This document shows, piece after piece, positions 49,992 through 59,990 of a stretch of 64,000 nt of DNA (the first letter of the stretch is position 1; each line of letters opens with the position of its first letter). The notes beneath the pieces are model-generated. The model was not told the DNA's origin and ran no database searches. It was given only the letters and a program-made list of their open reading frames with translations. Where the stretch lies: the IMG/VR virus record IMGVR_UViG_3300001580_000013, positions 23,742 through 87,741 of that record; one strand, written 5' to 3'. The DNA comes from a virus. Lineage: Duplodnaviria > Caudoviricetes. The translations under genes and the position numbers were made by a program.

Positions 49992-50015
49992 CTGTCCCAA
50001 TTATATGTCGCTGTT
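49934..50015 (+). ncRNA. predicted TnpB omegaRNA 3-prime scaffold plus guide (copy 4)
   Basis: TAGAGG/CCTCTA and AGCTAATT-TAAA-GGTTAGCT hairpins, GACTGT at 49990-49995; flank CCCAATTATATGTCGCTGTT. Confidence 0.7.
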
Positions 50016-50311
50016 TCTTTTAGCATTTTAATTTATAACCATATTTCTCGTCCAATTTTTCTCTTTCCTCATTTCTCATATGGTGATATTTCATTGAATC
50101 ATACACTTTTTCTAATGCTTTAAATCTATTAAATCCATGCCCTCTGCCATCAATTTTCCAAACTCAGTCATATCAATGTTTTCATGATTACAACAATTGC
50201 AAAAACTCAACCATAAGTCAGCAAATAATTCTGGAGAGTGTGCTATAGTTTTCGCTATTTCATATACATCACATTCTATTTTTGATTCTACACTCATTGT
50301 TACTTTCATAA

Positions 50312-50620
50312 TTATTTCTCCATATCTTTATTATCTGTAAGTTCACTAACCAATTCCAACAGAATATCACCGTGACATGATTGAGGTTTACACCAGCAAC
50401 CTAATATCTTATTTTTCAATTCGTGTAAATCATTTAACAAATATTTACCGTCGCCGTTGGTAATCCATTCTCTGTATGCTTCTATAGCTTCCGTTCTACT
50501 TCCAACTATATATTTTGCCAATGTTTTCCCATCTTGTTTATGTGTGAATGGATTACCCCATTTACTTGGTCGCCCAATATAAACATCATAAGGTTCTTTT
50601 TTCCAATGAACTACTTTCAT
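50312..50620 (-). CDS. DUF4326-family protein
   Basis: DVYIGRPSKWGNPF...LHEL..K.LGCWCKPQSCHGDIL signature. Confidence 0.88.
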   Translation of the reverse strand: MKVVHWKKEPYDVYIGRPSKWGNPFTHKQDGKTLAKYIVGSRTEAIEAYREWITNGDGKYLLNDLHELKNKILGCWCKPQSCHGDILLELVSELTDNKDMEK

Positions 50621-50630
50621 AATTCTCTCC

Positions 50631-52742
50631 CTATACCTGTTTTAATTCACTGAAACCATTCACATTTTCAATATTAAAGTTCCGGGTAACTGTGTTATCT
50701 CCGAAATTTATAAGATGAACCATGCAGATTATTTCCATTTCTTTTGATTTTTCTTTGAAAATGTTCATCAGCATCGTCAAACTATCATTATCCAGACCAT
50801 TAAAAATTTCATCAACCATCAACAATGAATAACTTTGATTTTTAATTTTTTTACTTAAATCCATGAGAGCTAGCATTATACTTAAATCTACTCTTTTTCC
50901 CTGACCCAAACTCAAAGCTTCATAATCAACTTCGGCTTTATTCTTTCTGATTATCGTCTCTTTGAATTGTTCATCAAATATAATATTGAAAGGAAGCTCG
51001 AACTTGAACATATAATCATTCAGAACTTTGTTGAAATAAGGCATCCATCTTTTTACGATATAGTATTTCATTGGTTGAATAATTTTTTTCAGTAATTCTC
51101 TATGTGTCAATATCCGATCAAGTTCTATCAATTCTGTTGTAAAATTTTCAATATCTTTCTCTATTGCTTCCAACTGAACCAATGGATATTCTTTATTCAA
51201 TTCCAAATTCAAAGAAGCAATTTTAGAATTATTTGAATTTATTTCAGAATTTAATCTTGAAAGGGAGGAATAAATCTCTCCCTCTTTTGCCGTCATCTTC
51301 TGAGTTTCGGTTTGTTCTGTCTGCTTATCTTCGAGTTGTTTGTTTATCGCTTCTATTTCGAGTTTTCGCTGTTCAATTTCCGCTTTGTATATAATGATTG
51401 ATTCATTCAGCTTGGACAATTCACCAACTGCGTTTGTTAGCTGTTTTTGGTTGTTTGAATTATTTTCTTCTTCTTGTTTTATTTTGTTTATCTGTTGTTT
51501 TTTTAATTCAATTTCAGTTTTTGTGTCGGTGATATCCTTATTAACATCATCAATCTGAAGTAAAAGTTTTTCTTTTTTGGTTTTTAATTCTTCAATGTTA
51601 TAATCTTTCTGAATATCTTTCACTCTGATACAATCACCACAAATCGAGGTCATCTGGGTTATTATTTTTGTTGCTTCCGATATCTTTGTGTCTATTCCAA
51701 CCTTTTCTTTTTGGCAATCGATGAAATCAGAATTAAGATTAGTCAATTTATTATTCAGATCAGAATATTCTTTTTCAATAGAAGCCGTGTCATGAACTTT
51801 ATAATTTTTTATCAATTCTTCGTACTTCTGAATATCTGAATTATACTGTTTTATTTTTGTATCAGACATATTGATGTAACTTTGTTGCTCTACAATTTTT
51901 CTATCAATCGCAGTATGTTTTGAATTTAATTCAGAAATGTTTTTGTTTATGTCATTAAGAATATTTTTGTATTTATCTACAATTAATTTCCCTTGCTCAT
52001 ATTTTTCTATTTCAGATTTTTTTGAATTATTGTTTTCTTCTAATTCTTTTATCTGCTGTCTTATTACATCTTTCAGTTGCTCACTTGATTGCTGTAAAAT
52101 ATTTTTTTGTGTTTCTAAATTCTTTGTGCTTAATGATAAAGAACTTGAAGCTATTTCTTTTTTCTGATTATGTTCTTTTATGTATTTCACATTTTGCTCG
52201 GTGATATAATCGAAAAGATGAATAGAAAATATATTATCCATGAAAGTTATTCTATCAGCTTTCTTCATTGAAATAAATGATAGAGGTTTGATTGCTGATT
52301 TAATAACGATCATTTCAAAGTAATATTTATCCATACCCAAAATGTTTTCTTCAAACTGCTTCTGATAATCTTTTTTATGCGGAAGCTGTGGAACAATTTC
52401 AAATTCCCCATTTTCTTTTTCTTCATAGATTCCAAAAAAGTCGGCTTCACCTTTCATTTTAAGTGTTCTTCTAACTTTATATCTTTTTTCGTTTTTTGTG
52501 AAATAAAGAATAACTTCAGTGTTGGATTTATTAGTCCAGTTCACAAGTTTGGCTATTTTGATATCTCTGTAGGCTGATCCAAAAAGAACATAACAAAGGG
52601 CATCAGTGAGAACAGATTTTCCGTTTCCGGATTTTCCTTGAATGTGAGTTATTCCATTATTGAAATTATAAACAGTTGGTACATTTCCATAGGAGAGGAA
52701 GTTTCTAAATTCAAGTCTTTCAAATTTTATCATATTGTTCAT
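50631..52742 (-). CDS. gp46: recombination ATPase subunit (T4 gp46 / SbcC / Rad50-like)
   Basis: Walker A GKSGNGKS, coiled coil with CGDC hook, signature LSLGQ, Walker B LMVDEIFNGLD. Confidence 0.92.
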   Translation of the reverse strand: MNNMIKFERLEFRNFLSYGNVPTVYNFNNGITHIQGKSGNGKSVLTDALCYVLFGSAYRDIKIAKLVNWTNKSNTEVILYFTKNEKRYKVRRTLKMKGEADFFGIYEEKENGEFEIVPQLPHKKDYQKQFEENILGMDKYYFEMIVIKSAIKPLSFISMKKADRITFMDNIFSIHLFDYITEQNVKYIKEHNQKKEIASSSLSLSTKNLETQKNILQQSSEQLKDVIRQQIKELEENNNSKKSEIEKYEQGKLIVDKYKNILNDINKNISELNSKHTAIDRKIVEQQSYINMSDTKIKQYNSDIQKYEELIKNYKVHDTASIEKEYSDLNNKLTNLNSDFIDCQKEKVGIDTKISEATKIITQMTSICGDCIRVKDIQKDYNIEELKTKKEKLLLQIDDVNKDITDTKTEIELKKQQINKIKQEEENNSNNQKQLTNAVGELSKLNESIIIYKAEIEQRKLEIEAINKQLEDKQTEQTETQKMTAKEGEIYSSLSRLNSEINSNNSKIASLNLELNKEYPLVQLEAIEKDIENFTTELIELDRILTHRELLKKIIQPMKYYIVKRWMPYFNKVLNDYMFKFELPFNIIFDEQFKETIIRKNKAEVDYEALSLGQGKRVDLSIMLALMDLSKKIKNQSYSLLMVDEIFNGLDNDSLTMLMNIFKEKSKEMEIICMVHLINFGDNTVTRNFNIENVNGFSELKQV

Positions 52743-53810
52743 CTATAACATCTCCTCTGCTTCATCATATAACTCTGTAAATAATTCAATTAAAAAATCC
52801 TGATTGATTTCTATTTCAAATGTCAGGGCATTTATGTATTCAATACAAGAATCTTTTATTCCTTTTTCATGTTCTGTCTGCTGGCTTTCTTCCTCAAGAG
52901 CCGCAACGACTTCATAGTTCTGATATCGTTTTGTGTTCTTTATGTCACCGAGAAATTTATCAAGCATGACTTCGTTTATGTATTTTTTAACATAAATATC
53001 TGTAAAATTTTCTCCTATAAATTCTGTGGCAAGAACCGCATTAGAAAATTCAGTTTTTGTTATTCCGTCATCAACCAAAATTGAAAGATTTTTTCCATCA
53101 TCATTGTATTCAACTTTTAAGAACTTCGGAGATATCGTGTTTTCTACAAAATGTTTACCGGTGATGTCATAGTACCAAAATCCTTTCTGCATACCATAAT
53201 CATTCCTATCCATCGGGTAAGGCGAGCCGCAATACTGAACAGTAGAATTTTTTATTTTTGAATGATAGTGACCGGATAAAACTTCTTCATAATCAGCAAA
53301 ATCCGAAACTTTTAAGGTACTTCTAACAGGATTTTCTAAAATATCCCCCATCTCAAAATGACCGCAAAGGACACTTATGTTATCTGGATGAAGGATTCCT
53401 TTATTTAATTCCGATTCATATCCCCAAGGAATAAAACCAAAATTCTTATTTTCAAAAATATGTTGAAATGGTTTATCAATGATGACTACACTTTTATATT
53501 TTTCGAGTGTATAAACATAACTAATATCATTATCAGCTTTGTAATAGGTATCGTGATTTCCAACAAGCAGCCATAGTTTGATATCATTCTTTTCAAAAAA
53601 TCCAAAAAATTCTCTATCAAGATTTTGTTGGATATAGATGTCCATAACTTGCCGGTGGTGACACAAATCTCCCAAATGCAACACATCTTTCACGTTGTGT
53701 TCCAACAGAAAAGGAAAAAACTGTTCTTTGAAAAAATCTAATTGATAATGAAAAATTGTTTTATCAAAGTTAGAAACTCCAAAATGTGTATCCGTTATCA
53801 TTGCTATCAT
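52743..53810 (-). CDS. gp47: recombination nuclease subunit (T4 gp47 / SbcD / Mre11-like)
   Basis: ITDTHFG, HLGDL.H.R, VGNHDTYY, GHFE, SGHYH, YCGSPY; adjacent to gp46. Confidence 0.92.
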   Translation of the reverse strand: MIAMITDTHFGVSNFDKTIFHYQLDFFKEQFFPFLLEHNVKDVLHLGDLCHHRQVMDIYIQQNLDREFFGFFEKNDIKLWLLVGNHDTYYKADNDISYVYTLEKYKSVVIIDKPFQHIFENKNFGFIPWGYESELNKGILHPDNISVLCGHFEMGDILENPVRSTLKVSDFADYEEVLSGHYHSKIKNSTVQYCGSPYPMDRNDYGMQKGFWYYDITGKHFVENTISPKFLKVEYNDDGKNLSILVDDGITKTEFSNAVLATEFIGENFTDIYVKKYINEVMLDKFLGDIKNTKRYQNYEVVAALEEESQQTEHEKGIKDSCIEYINALTFEIEINQDFLIELFTELYDEAEEML

Positions 53811-53831
53811 AGATTATCCAAAAAATTAGAG

Positions 53832-54912
53832 TTATTTTTCTACTGAATCATTTTCTTCAACCATCTCATCTTTCTTTAATTCTTCTTCCTTCTTAATGGC
53901 TTCCTCAGAAATAGCACGGAAAGCATCATCAAAATTATCCATAAACAGTTTAAATATTTTCGATTCACTTCCTTTGTGAATTTTCAGATTTAACACATTA
54001 TTCATATCAAAACTGAATTTAACTTTTCTTTTCGGACTATCGAAGACCATAATATTTACAACTTCTTTCTCTTTTTTCAGAGGATTCAAACTTTCTCTTT
54101 TTTCTACATCAATATAATTATACACAGTTTTGTAATACATTTTGCCTTTTCTTTCTGTTCCATATTTGGTGAAAGTATTTACAAGCAAACTGAAAAACAT
54201 TTTACGAACATTCAGATCAGACCATTCTATAACAGGATATCTGAGAGTTGGCCATTTTTTAAGTTGTTTTAATTCTTCTTTCTGTTCTTCTGGTGATTTC
54301 TGTTCTATGCTATCCGAAGATGGCATATTGACAACAGGAAGTTCATCAAAATTTGAAGGTTTTTCTCCCTCTGATCTTATGACTTCTTGAACATCTTTCA
54401 TTTTGTCTAAAAGTGTTTCCTCTCCAGATTGTTTAAATACACCATGAACAACATTTGATTCAGTTTCTTCTTCCTTGATTTCTTCAAATTCTGCTACTTC
54501 AATTTCTTCAGTCATTTTGATTTCCTTATTGAACAATTATATGTTGATGTTTTTTTAGTAATTTTTCTATATCTTTGAATTTTTCTTTTTCTTCTTCCAT
54601 TACTTCTTTTAATTCTTCCTTATCCCATCCGTCCTCCAAAATGAGTTTATCAATTTTATTAATGAACGGAGTATCAAAATAAATAATCAAGAAACTTTTA
54701 TCATATGAAGATAAATTTTTAAAATCTTCAAAAGTTATAACTTCAAGTCCTTTATCAGTTTTAGTGTGTTCTTTGATTATCTCGCAATATTCATCTTGCT
54801 GACCACCAATTTTTCCCATAAAATAAATCTTGTCGCCTTTGAAAAAAATGCTGTCATTTCCTGATACTATAAATTGATCGTCTATGAACCTGAATTGCAT
54901 TGCTACATTCAT
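53832..54912 (-). other. two hypothetical genes (53832-54536 with acidic N-terminus; 54526-54912)
   Basis: ORFs behind a TTGACA-N17-TAATTT promoter (54930-54958). Confidence 0.6.
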
Positions 54913-54970
54913 TTTTCCTCCATGCTATAAAATTAAGTTAATTTTTTATTTTTGTCAAGTGTTATTTTGA

Positions 54971-55939
54971 TTAATTTAATGCTAATCTGATGAGAGCTTC
55001 TTTCCCGCTATAAATATTCTTCCTGACCAACGGCATTATTTTATTTTCTGGAAATCCAGACATAACTAATTCGTTGATATCTTTGTATTGATTTAATTCT
55101 TTTGGCATAATAAAAACTTCAAACCCTTTCTTAACTAATTCTTTGCTTTTAATTATCCCAGTGTGGCTTGTTCCCTCTGCATCATTATCTAAAATAAAAA
55201 CTGGTCGGTAGAAATCCTGTAATAATTTTTTACTTATAGTTACACCTTGTATAGCCATGCTGTTTTCGACAAATAAGGAGTCTATGATACTTTCAGTTAT
55301 GAAACATTCCAAATTCTTATTGACATTGTAGTAGTTATACAATTTTGTGTTATTCTCGTGCGCTAAATGAATGTGAAAATATTTTCCAAAAACACTTCTC
55401 GCAGTAAAACCATAAATTTTTCCGTTTCTTCTCATGGGAAAAATTATACAATTATTGTAACCGGTTTTTTCTTTTCCGATATACCACCAAATATCATCCC
55501 AAAATTTATTAGGAATTTTTCTTTTATGAATATACTCTATCGCGGGATTAACTGCGGTTGCTTTAATGAAATTGTGATCAAAGTCCATGTAAACCAAATT
55601 ATCTTCGGTATCGTCTTTCAATTTCTTTTTCTCTTGCTTGGGTTCTTTGGATAAAAACTGTTCCATCAACAAATCTTTATTCTCAACAAAATACTGACGG
55701 AAAATGTCACTATCCATTTCTTTTAAGAACCACTCAAAGTTCATAGCTTTAGAACAATTGTGGCAATAGAAACGATAATCTTCATTTTTCAGAATATAAG
55801 CTCTCCGCTTTCTGCCTTTGCTTTTTCCTTCGTGACAAAAAGGACAAGAAAAATTTACAGCATCAGAGTTCTCGGTGGTTTTATCCGTATCGAGTAGATG
55901 TATTACTTTTGATAAAAATTTTTCTTTAGAATAGTTCAT
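54971..55939 (-). CDS. gp61: DNA primase (T4 gp61-like)
   Basis: Zn domain NFSCPFC...FYCHNC, IIFP...G...GF.AR, TOPRIM ESIIDSL / LDND, KDINEL. Confidence 0.9.
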   Translation of the reverse strand: MNYSKEKFLSKVIHLLDTDKTTENSDAVNFSCPFCHEGKSKGRKRRAYILKNEDYRFYCHNCSKAMNFEWFLKEMDSDIFRQYFVENKDLLMEQFLSKEPKQEKKKLKDDTEDNLVYMDFDHNFIKATAVNPAIEYIHKRKIPNKFWDDIWWYIGKEKTGYNNCIIFPMRRNGKIYGFTARSVFGKYFHIHLAHENNTKLYNYYNVNKNLECFITESIIDSLFVENSMAIQGVTISKKLLQDFYRPVFILDNDAEGTSHTGIIKSKELVKKGFEVFIMPKELNQYKDINELVMSGFPENKIMPLVRKNIYSGKEALIRLALN

Positions 55940-56119
55940 TATCCAAACAACACTGATGTTGGTTCAATAACTATTGCTGATTCGTTTAAACCTTGCGTGG
56001 TGGCTTTTTCCTTCAAACACTCTCTATGCCCAACAAGGGTCTGCTCATTCAATTTCATTCGGCATAGATCAGTTTCAACCAGTTCACCACATATCATACA
56101 TTTTATTTTTTTGTCCATT

Positions 56120-56968
56120 TTATCCTCCAAAATTTTTTCTATTTATTTTCTTCATTGAAGTGTTTGTTCCGTTCATATACTCATCATATTTAAGTATATC
56201 TATTTCCTCTGGTGTGATTATAGCTATTTCGTTTTTGTTTTTATCCATAATCCATCCACTGTTATTTATAAAGTGAAAAGTGTTTCCGGTGAACAAAACT
56301 TCATGTTTCATCAAATTTAATACAACATATCGGTAATCTTTTTTTATTATATATAAGTATTTTTCCAATTTATAAGATCGCTGAACCGTTTCTATGAGCT
56401 TATTGCTCTTGGTGTTGTAAATATCCATCCCGGTGATATTATCGAAATAGACAGTAGTTTTCTTGCAAACCAAAGGATTCTTTTTCATAACCCGTAAATC
56501 AAATTTCTTGGTTTGTTTATCGTAGGTCAATTTTCTGGAGGTGTTATCATCCAAAAAATAAAATCTGTCATTATCCAATAAAAAATTGTTAAAAGAAAGT
56601 AAAACCCGTTCTATCACAATTTCTATTTCAGTCATCTTGAATAAACATACCTTGAAAGTATTATCTGAAATATCAATCAGCAAATTATGGGGGAAAGATA
56701 AAATAAAATATCTTGAAGTATAATCCAAAACATATTGTTCATTCTTCCACAGATATCTTTTCCAATCCGTTCCATCAAAAACACTCACAGCAACAGCATG
56801 AGGATAAACATAATAATATCTAACATATTGTTCTATCTGCTCGTTCCCACAATAAAAACAGAAAGTATTATTCAATTTTTTTATGTAATAATTTTCCCTG
56901 ATAATATTACTATCTTTTAGTTCGTTCTGTTTTTGAAAGGATATGAAATCTGTCTCAAAATTCATCAT
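56120..56968 (-). CDS. hypothetical protein (282 aa)
   Basis: Co-oriented ORF between rnh and the primase region; no motif recognised. Confidence 0.6.
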   Translation of the reverse strand: MMNFETDFISFQKQNELKDSNIIRENYYIKKLNNTFCFYCGNEQIEQYVRYYYVYPHAVAVSVFDGTDWKRYLWKNEQYVLDYTSRYFILSFPHNLLIDISDNTFKVCLFKMTEIEIVIERVLLSFNNFLLDNDRFYFLDDNTSRKLTYDKQTKKFDLRVMKKNPLVCKKTTVYFDNITGMDIYNTKSNKLIETVQRSYKLEKYLYIIKKDYRYVVLNLMKHEVLFTGNTFHFINNSGWIMDKNKNEIAIITPEEIDILKYDEYMNGTNTSMKKINRKNFGG

Positions 56969-57951
56969 AAGTTATCCAAGAAATCATCAACTATTCGTTC
57001 ACTCACAGAAACACCATCAACAAATTTTTTCTGCTCTGTGTGTATTCCTCTCAAAGAAAAATTGCCCATAGTCATCATCAGATTATTGCATCCGTATTTA
57101 GATAAAAAGTCCATTATTTTATTCCCGTCAAAATTATAACTATCTTTTAGGCTATTATAACTTTTAGCAATTTCATCGGTAATATAACTCGGAATACATG
57201 ATAAGTCAATAAGTTTTTTGTTTACTTCATACCGAAAATCTACATCTTTATCAATTTGCCGAATGGTATCAATATCGTGTAGTAATTTCAATGCTTTCTT
57301 TTTTCCTACACCCTTTATAACCGCAGGAATTTCATCGGCTTTATCACCCATTATGATATGGTGTTTCAAAAATAATTCCGGATCAGCAACATCTTCGTAA
57401 AGATATTTTCTTGTATTAAAATATTTAATATTCTTTTTTGTGATTAACTGTCTAAAATCTTTATCGCCAGAAAGAATAACAATATGATCATTATTATTCT
57501 GTAAGGTAAGATATCCAATGATATCATCACCCTCAGTATTTTTAACTTTCATGGCACAAACATCAGTGGAAGAATTTAAAAAAAGTATAATTTCATCTAC
57601 CAATTCATAAATTTTTTTCCAATCAACTTCTTTTGATTTTTCCCTGTGTTCTTTGTAACCTTCATCAGTCACTTCTTTCGATTTGTAATAATTTTTAAAA
57701 TACTGATCTTTCACTTTCTGAAAATATTCTTTTCTCCAGCTTTTATCATCGAAAGCCAATATTATCCTGTTGTTTGAACTTGCACCAAATTCTCTTATTC
57801 TTTTTAGTATCTGATTTAAAAACACATGAACAAAATAATTATACGGATGCTGTTCTGATTCAGGAAGATTTTCCAAATTTTTTATATGAAAAACATCAAT
57901 GTTGGCATAAACCAAGCTGTGAATATCTATACTGCTATCTATTAATATCAT
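56965..57951 (-). CDS. rnh: 5-prime-3-prime exonuclease / RNase H (T4 rnh-like)
   Basis: ILID, AFDDKSWRK, YK..R, EGDDII, SGDKDF.QL, IMGDKAD.IP. Confidence 0.9.
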   Translation of the reverse strand: MILIDSSIDIHSLVYANIDVFHIKNLENLPESEQHPYNYFVHVFLNQILKRIREFGASSNNRIILAFDDKSWRKEYFQKVKDQYFKNYYKSKEVTDEGYKEHREKSKEVDWKKIYELVDEIILFLNSSTDVCAMKVKNTEGDDIIGYLTLQNNNDHIVILSGDKDFRQLITKKNIKYFNTRKYLYEDVADPELFLKHHIIMGDKADEIPAVIKGVGKKKALKLLHDIDTIRQIDKDVDFRYEVNKKLIDLSCIPSYITDEIAKSYNSLKDSYNFDGNKIMDFLSKYGCNNLMMTMGNFSLRGIHTEQKKFVDGVSVSERIVDDFLDNL

Positions 57952-59165
57952 TATAAGTTATCCAAGAAATCATCAATTCTTTCAAAAGTCCAACCAACAT
58001 CTTCCATAATAAATTTCATTTTGGATTTAAAAACTTTATCCCACATTTTATCGTAGTCTATCTCATCCTTTATGATGTCATACAGCATAGCAGGAATAGT
58101 ATCGTGAACATTAATTGCCATACTATCCAATCCCAATTTTTGTGATGCTGTTTTCTTCAAATAAACATACACAATTTTTGATCCGCTGTATAATAACTGA
58201 TGTGTCTGTTCGAGTTTATTTTCTATAATAAATTTATTATACAACAACGCACTTTTTGTTTGTCTTGGTGTTCCTTTTTTAAATTCAGAATCAATATAAG
58301 TAGAATCAAAATCGTCATCTTCGTCGTCATCATTAATAGACAGCATGGGAATATCTGTCATTTTATATTTTTCCATATCAGATACACTCATAGGTTTTCC
58401 GACTTTACGAAGATCAAGTTCCATAAATTCTTTTTTTGCGATATCAATATAATCCCACATATCTTTGTTTGTTCCATCAAAAATAATTTTCAAAGCATCT
58501 TCCAGCTTTTGTCTTACCCATATAGGGGAATCTCGGCGAACAATACTAACACCTTTGATTTTATATTTGTAATCTTTTTTATCGTAGAACTTGCCATCTT
58601 TGTAGATATAACGACCAATATATTGTTTGGGGCTATGCATTATCATCTGATCACAAATTTCATCAACTTCCATTTTTATCAAATTTTCAACATTAAAAAA
58701 TTTAGCCATATCCACAAAATTTGATTTAATGATAGGAACAACTTTATCTTTGCTATAAGCCAACATACTCTGCGCCAATTTTTTACTATCAGGATTATCC
58801 GGAATAGTTTTTAATTGCGTAAAAACACTATCGGTATCATTGTAGAAACAATCTACTTCATCTCCGAGTTCTTTCTGTATTCTGTCTTTCACTGATCGAA
58901 CACAAAACTGCGACCCCGAAGAAACTGCTTCTGCATTTTTTGGATTATGTACTGGACTTTCTTCTTTATCAAGTATTCCATACAAGGAGTTAATAACATT
59001 TACTTTGTACACATTATTTTTAATATCCCAGAAATTGGAATATTCCTCTAATTTTGATTTTAGTTTAATCAATTCATCTTTCGATAAACTTTTTAAATCT
59101 ACTTTTTTTAATCGGTCAAAGATGTTAGTATAATTTGATGTAGAATAATCCAGTACATTTTCCAT
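57951..59165 (-). CDS. gp43: family B DNA polymerase, C-terminal half only (split gp43, gp43B-like)
   Basis: 404 aa with NSLYG (motif B), YNDTDS (motif C), KQY, KGVSIVRRDSP and KGTP; no exonuclease domain or motif A. Confidence 0.85.
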   Translation of the reverse strand: MENVLDYSTSNYTNIFDRLKKVDLKSLSKDELIKLKSKLEEYSNFWDIKNNVYKVNVINSLYGILDKEESPVHNPKNAEAVSSGSQFCVRSVKDRIQKELGDEVDCFYNDTDSVFTQLKTIPDNPDSKKLAQSMLAYSKDKVVPIIKSNFVDMAKFFNVENLIKMEVDEICDQMIMHSPKQYIGRYIYKDGKFYDKKDYKYKIKGVSIVRRDSPIWVRQKLEDALKIIFDGTNKDMWDYIDIAKKEFMELDLRKVGKPMSVSDMEKYKMTDIPMLSINDDDEDDDFDSTYIDSEFKKGTPRQTKSALLYNKFIIENKLEQTHQLLYSGSKIVYVYLKKTASQKLGLDSMAINVHDTIPAMLYDIIKDEIDYDKMWDKVFKSKMKFIMEDVGWTFERIDDFLDNL

Positions 59166-59174
59166 TAAAATTCC

Positions 59175-59933
59175 TTATTTAGCTATTTGGCTGAAAAGAT
59201 AATTGTGTTTGCGTTCCTGCCCTTTGAAAATAACAAGTCTTTCATTGATAGTTATTTCATAGGTATCTTCTACGAAATTGTCAAGAACCAACTCAAACTT
59301 AGAATATCCACCATGTTTTACTTTGTCAAGCGTGTTGTCTGTTATGTTTCCTTCAATTTCAATTTCTGCACAATCTTCTGTTTCAGTAGAAAAATTATCA
59401 CCAATTTTTAAAATAACTGCACCATTATCTTTTTCTGAAATAAAGAAGAATTTCTTTTTCAATTTCTGTTGTAGTGTGGATAGATCACTCAAAACAGACC
59501 AATCAACTCTGAAAGTGAGTTTGTTTGGCATATTGAATCCTCTCTCGATTTTTCCCTCGACATCAGTGAAAGGAATAACACCTGAATCTTCTGGAGAAAG
59601 CATTATTTTTACTTTTATTTTTTTCTCTTTATCCACCACGAGAAGATGGGTCTCATACACGCGAATTTCAACTTTATCCACATTCTTGTCGTTGACAATT
59701 TTCAGAAAATCAGAAACCGATCTCAATCCTATTTTTTTCTCAAAACTATAGGGCTTGTCTAATTTCTTGACCGCACACACAGTCATACCATTGAGCTTTT
59801 TTGATTGATCCATTTTTCCGTCAACTATGCTGATTCTGTCATTTTCAATAAATAGCATATCACGAATTGTACTGAATTTTTTTAGAGTTTCCAGTTCCTC
59901 TTTTGATGGATTATATATTTCATAATGATCCAT
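59175..59933 (-). CDS. gp45: sliding clamp (T4 gp45-like)
   Basis: 252 aa, LKKFSTI...LFI N-terminus, ...YEITI....VIFK......YLFS C-terminus, adjacent to the polymerase. Confidence 0.75.
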   Translation of the reverse strand: MDHYEIYNPSKEELETLKKFSTIRDMLFIENDRISIVDGKMDQSKKLNGMTVCAVKKLDKPYSFEKKIGLRSVSDFLKIVNDKNVDKVEIRVYETHLLVVDKEKKIKVKIMLSPEDSGVIPFTDVEGKIERGFNMPNKLTFRVDWSVLSDLSTLQQKLKKKFFFISEKDNGAVILKIGDNFSTETEDCAEIEIEGNITDNTLDKVKHGGYSKFELVLDNFVEDTYEITINERLVIFKGQERKHNYLFSQIAK

Positions 59934-59961
59934 GCTTCCTCCTTGTTTTTATTTTGTTTGC

Positions 59962-59990
59962 AAGTTATGTATTATTTTCAACTTTGTCAA
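59962..59990 (-). promoter_or_regulatory. sigma70-type promoter upstream of gp45 (TTGACA-N17-TAACTT)
   Basis: tgtcaa at 59985-59990 and aagtta at 59962-59967 on the plus strand. Confidence 0.6.

Larger units (their letters stand above)
48542..49995 (+). mobile_element. IS607-derived element: HTH-only tnpA remnant + tnpB + right end
   Basis: TATAAATA, MerR-type HTH ORF, ATGA-coupled tnpB and conserved GACTGT end. The left boundary is not determined. Confidence 0.75.

Noticed and set aside
2992-50015. Self-targets of the four guides elsewhere in the window
   Set aside because: No full-length match was spotted by eye apart from the partial copy 1 repeat. An exact or near-match search over the whole genome and candidate host genomes is needed to settle this.
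38877-59165. Inteins or introns in portal, gp46, primase or polymerase
   Set aside because: Motif spacing is continuous and no Hint-domain termini or LAGLIDADG inserts were seen.
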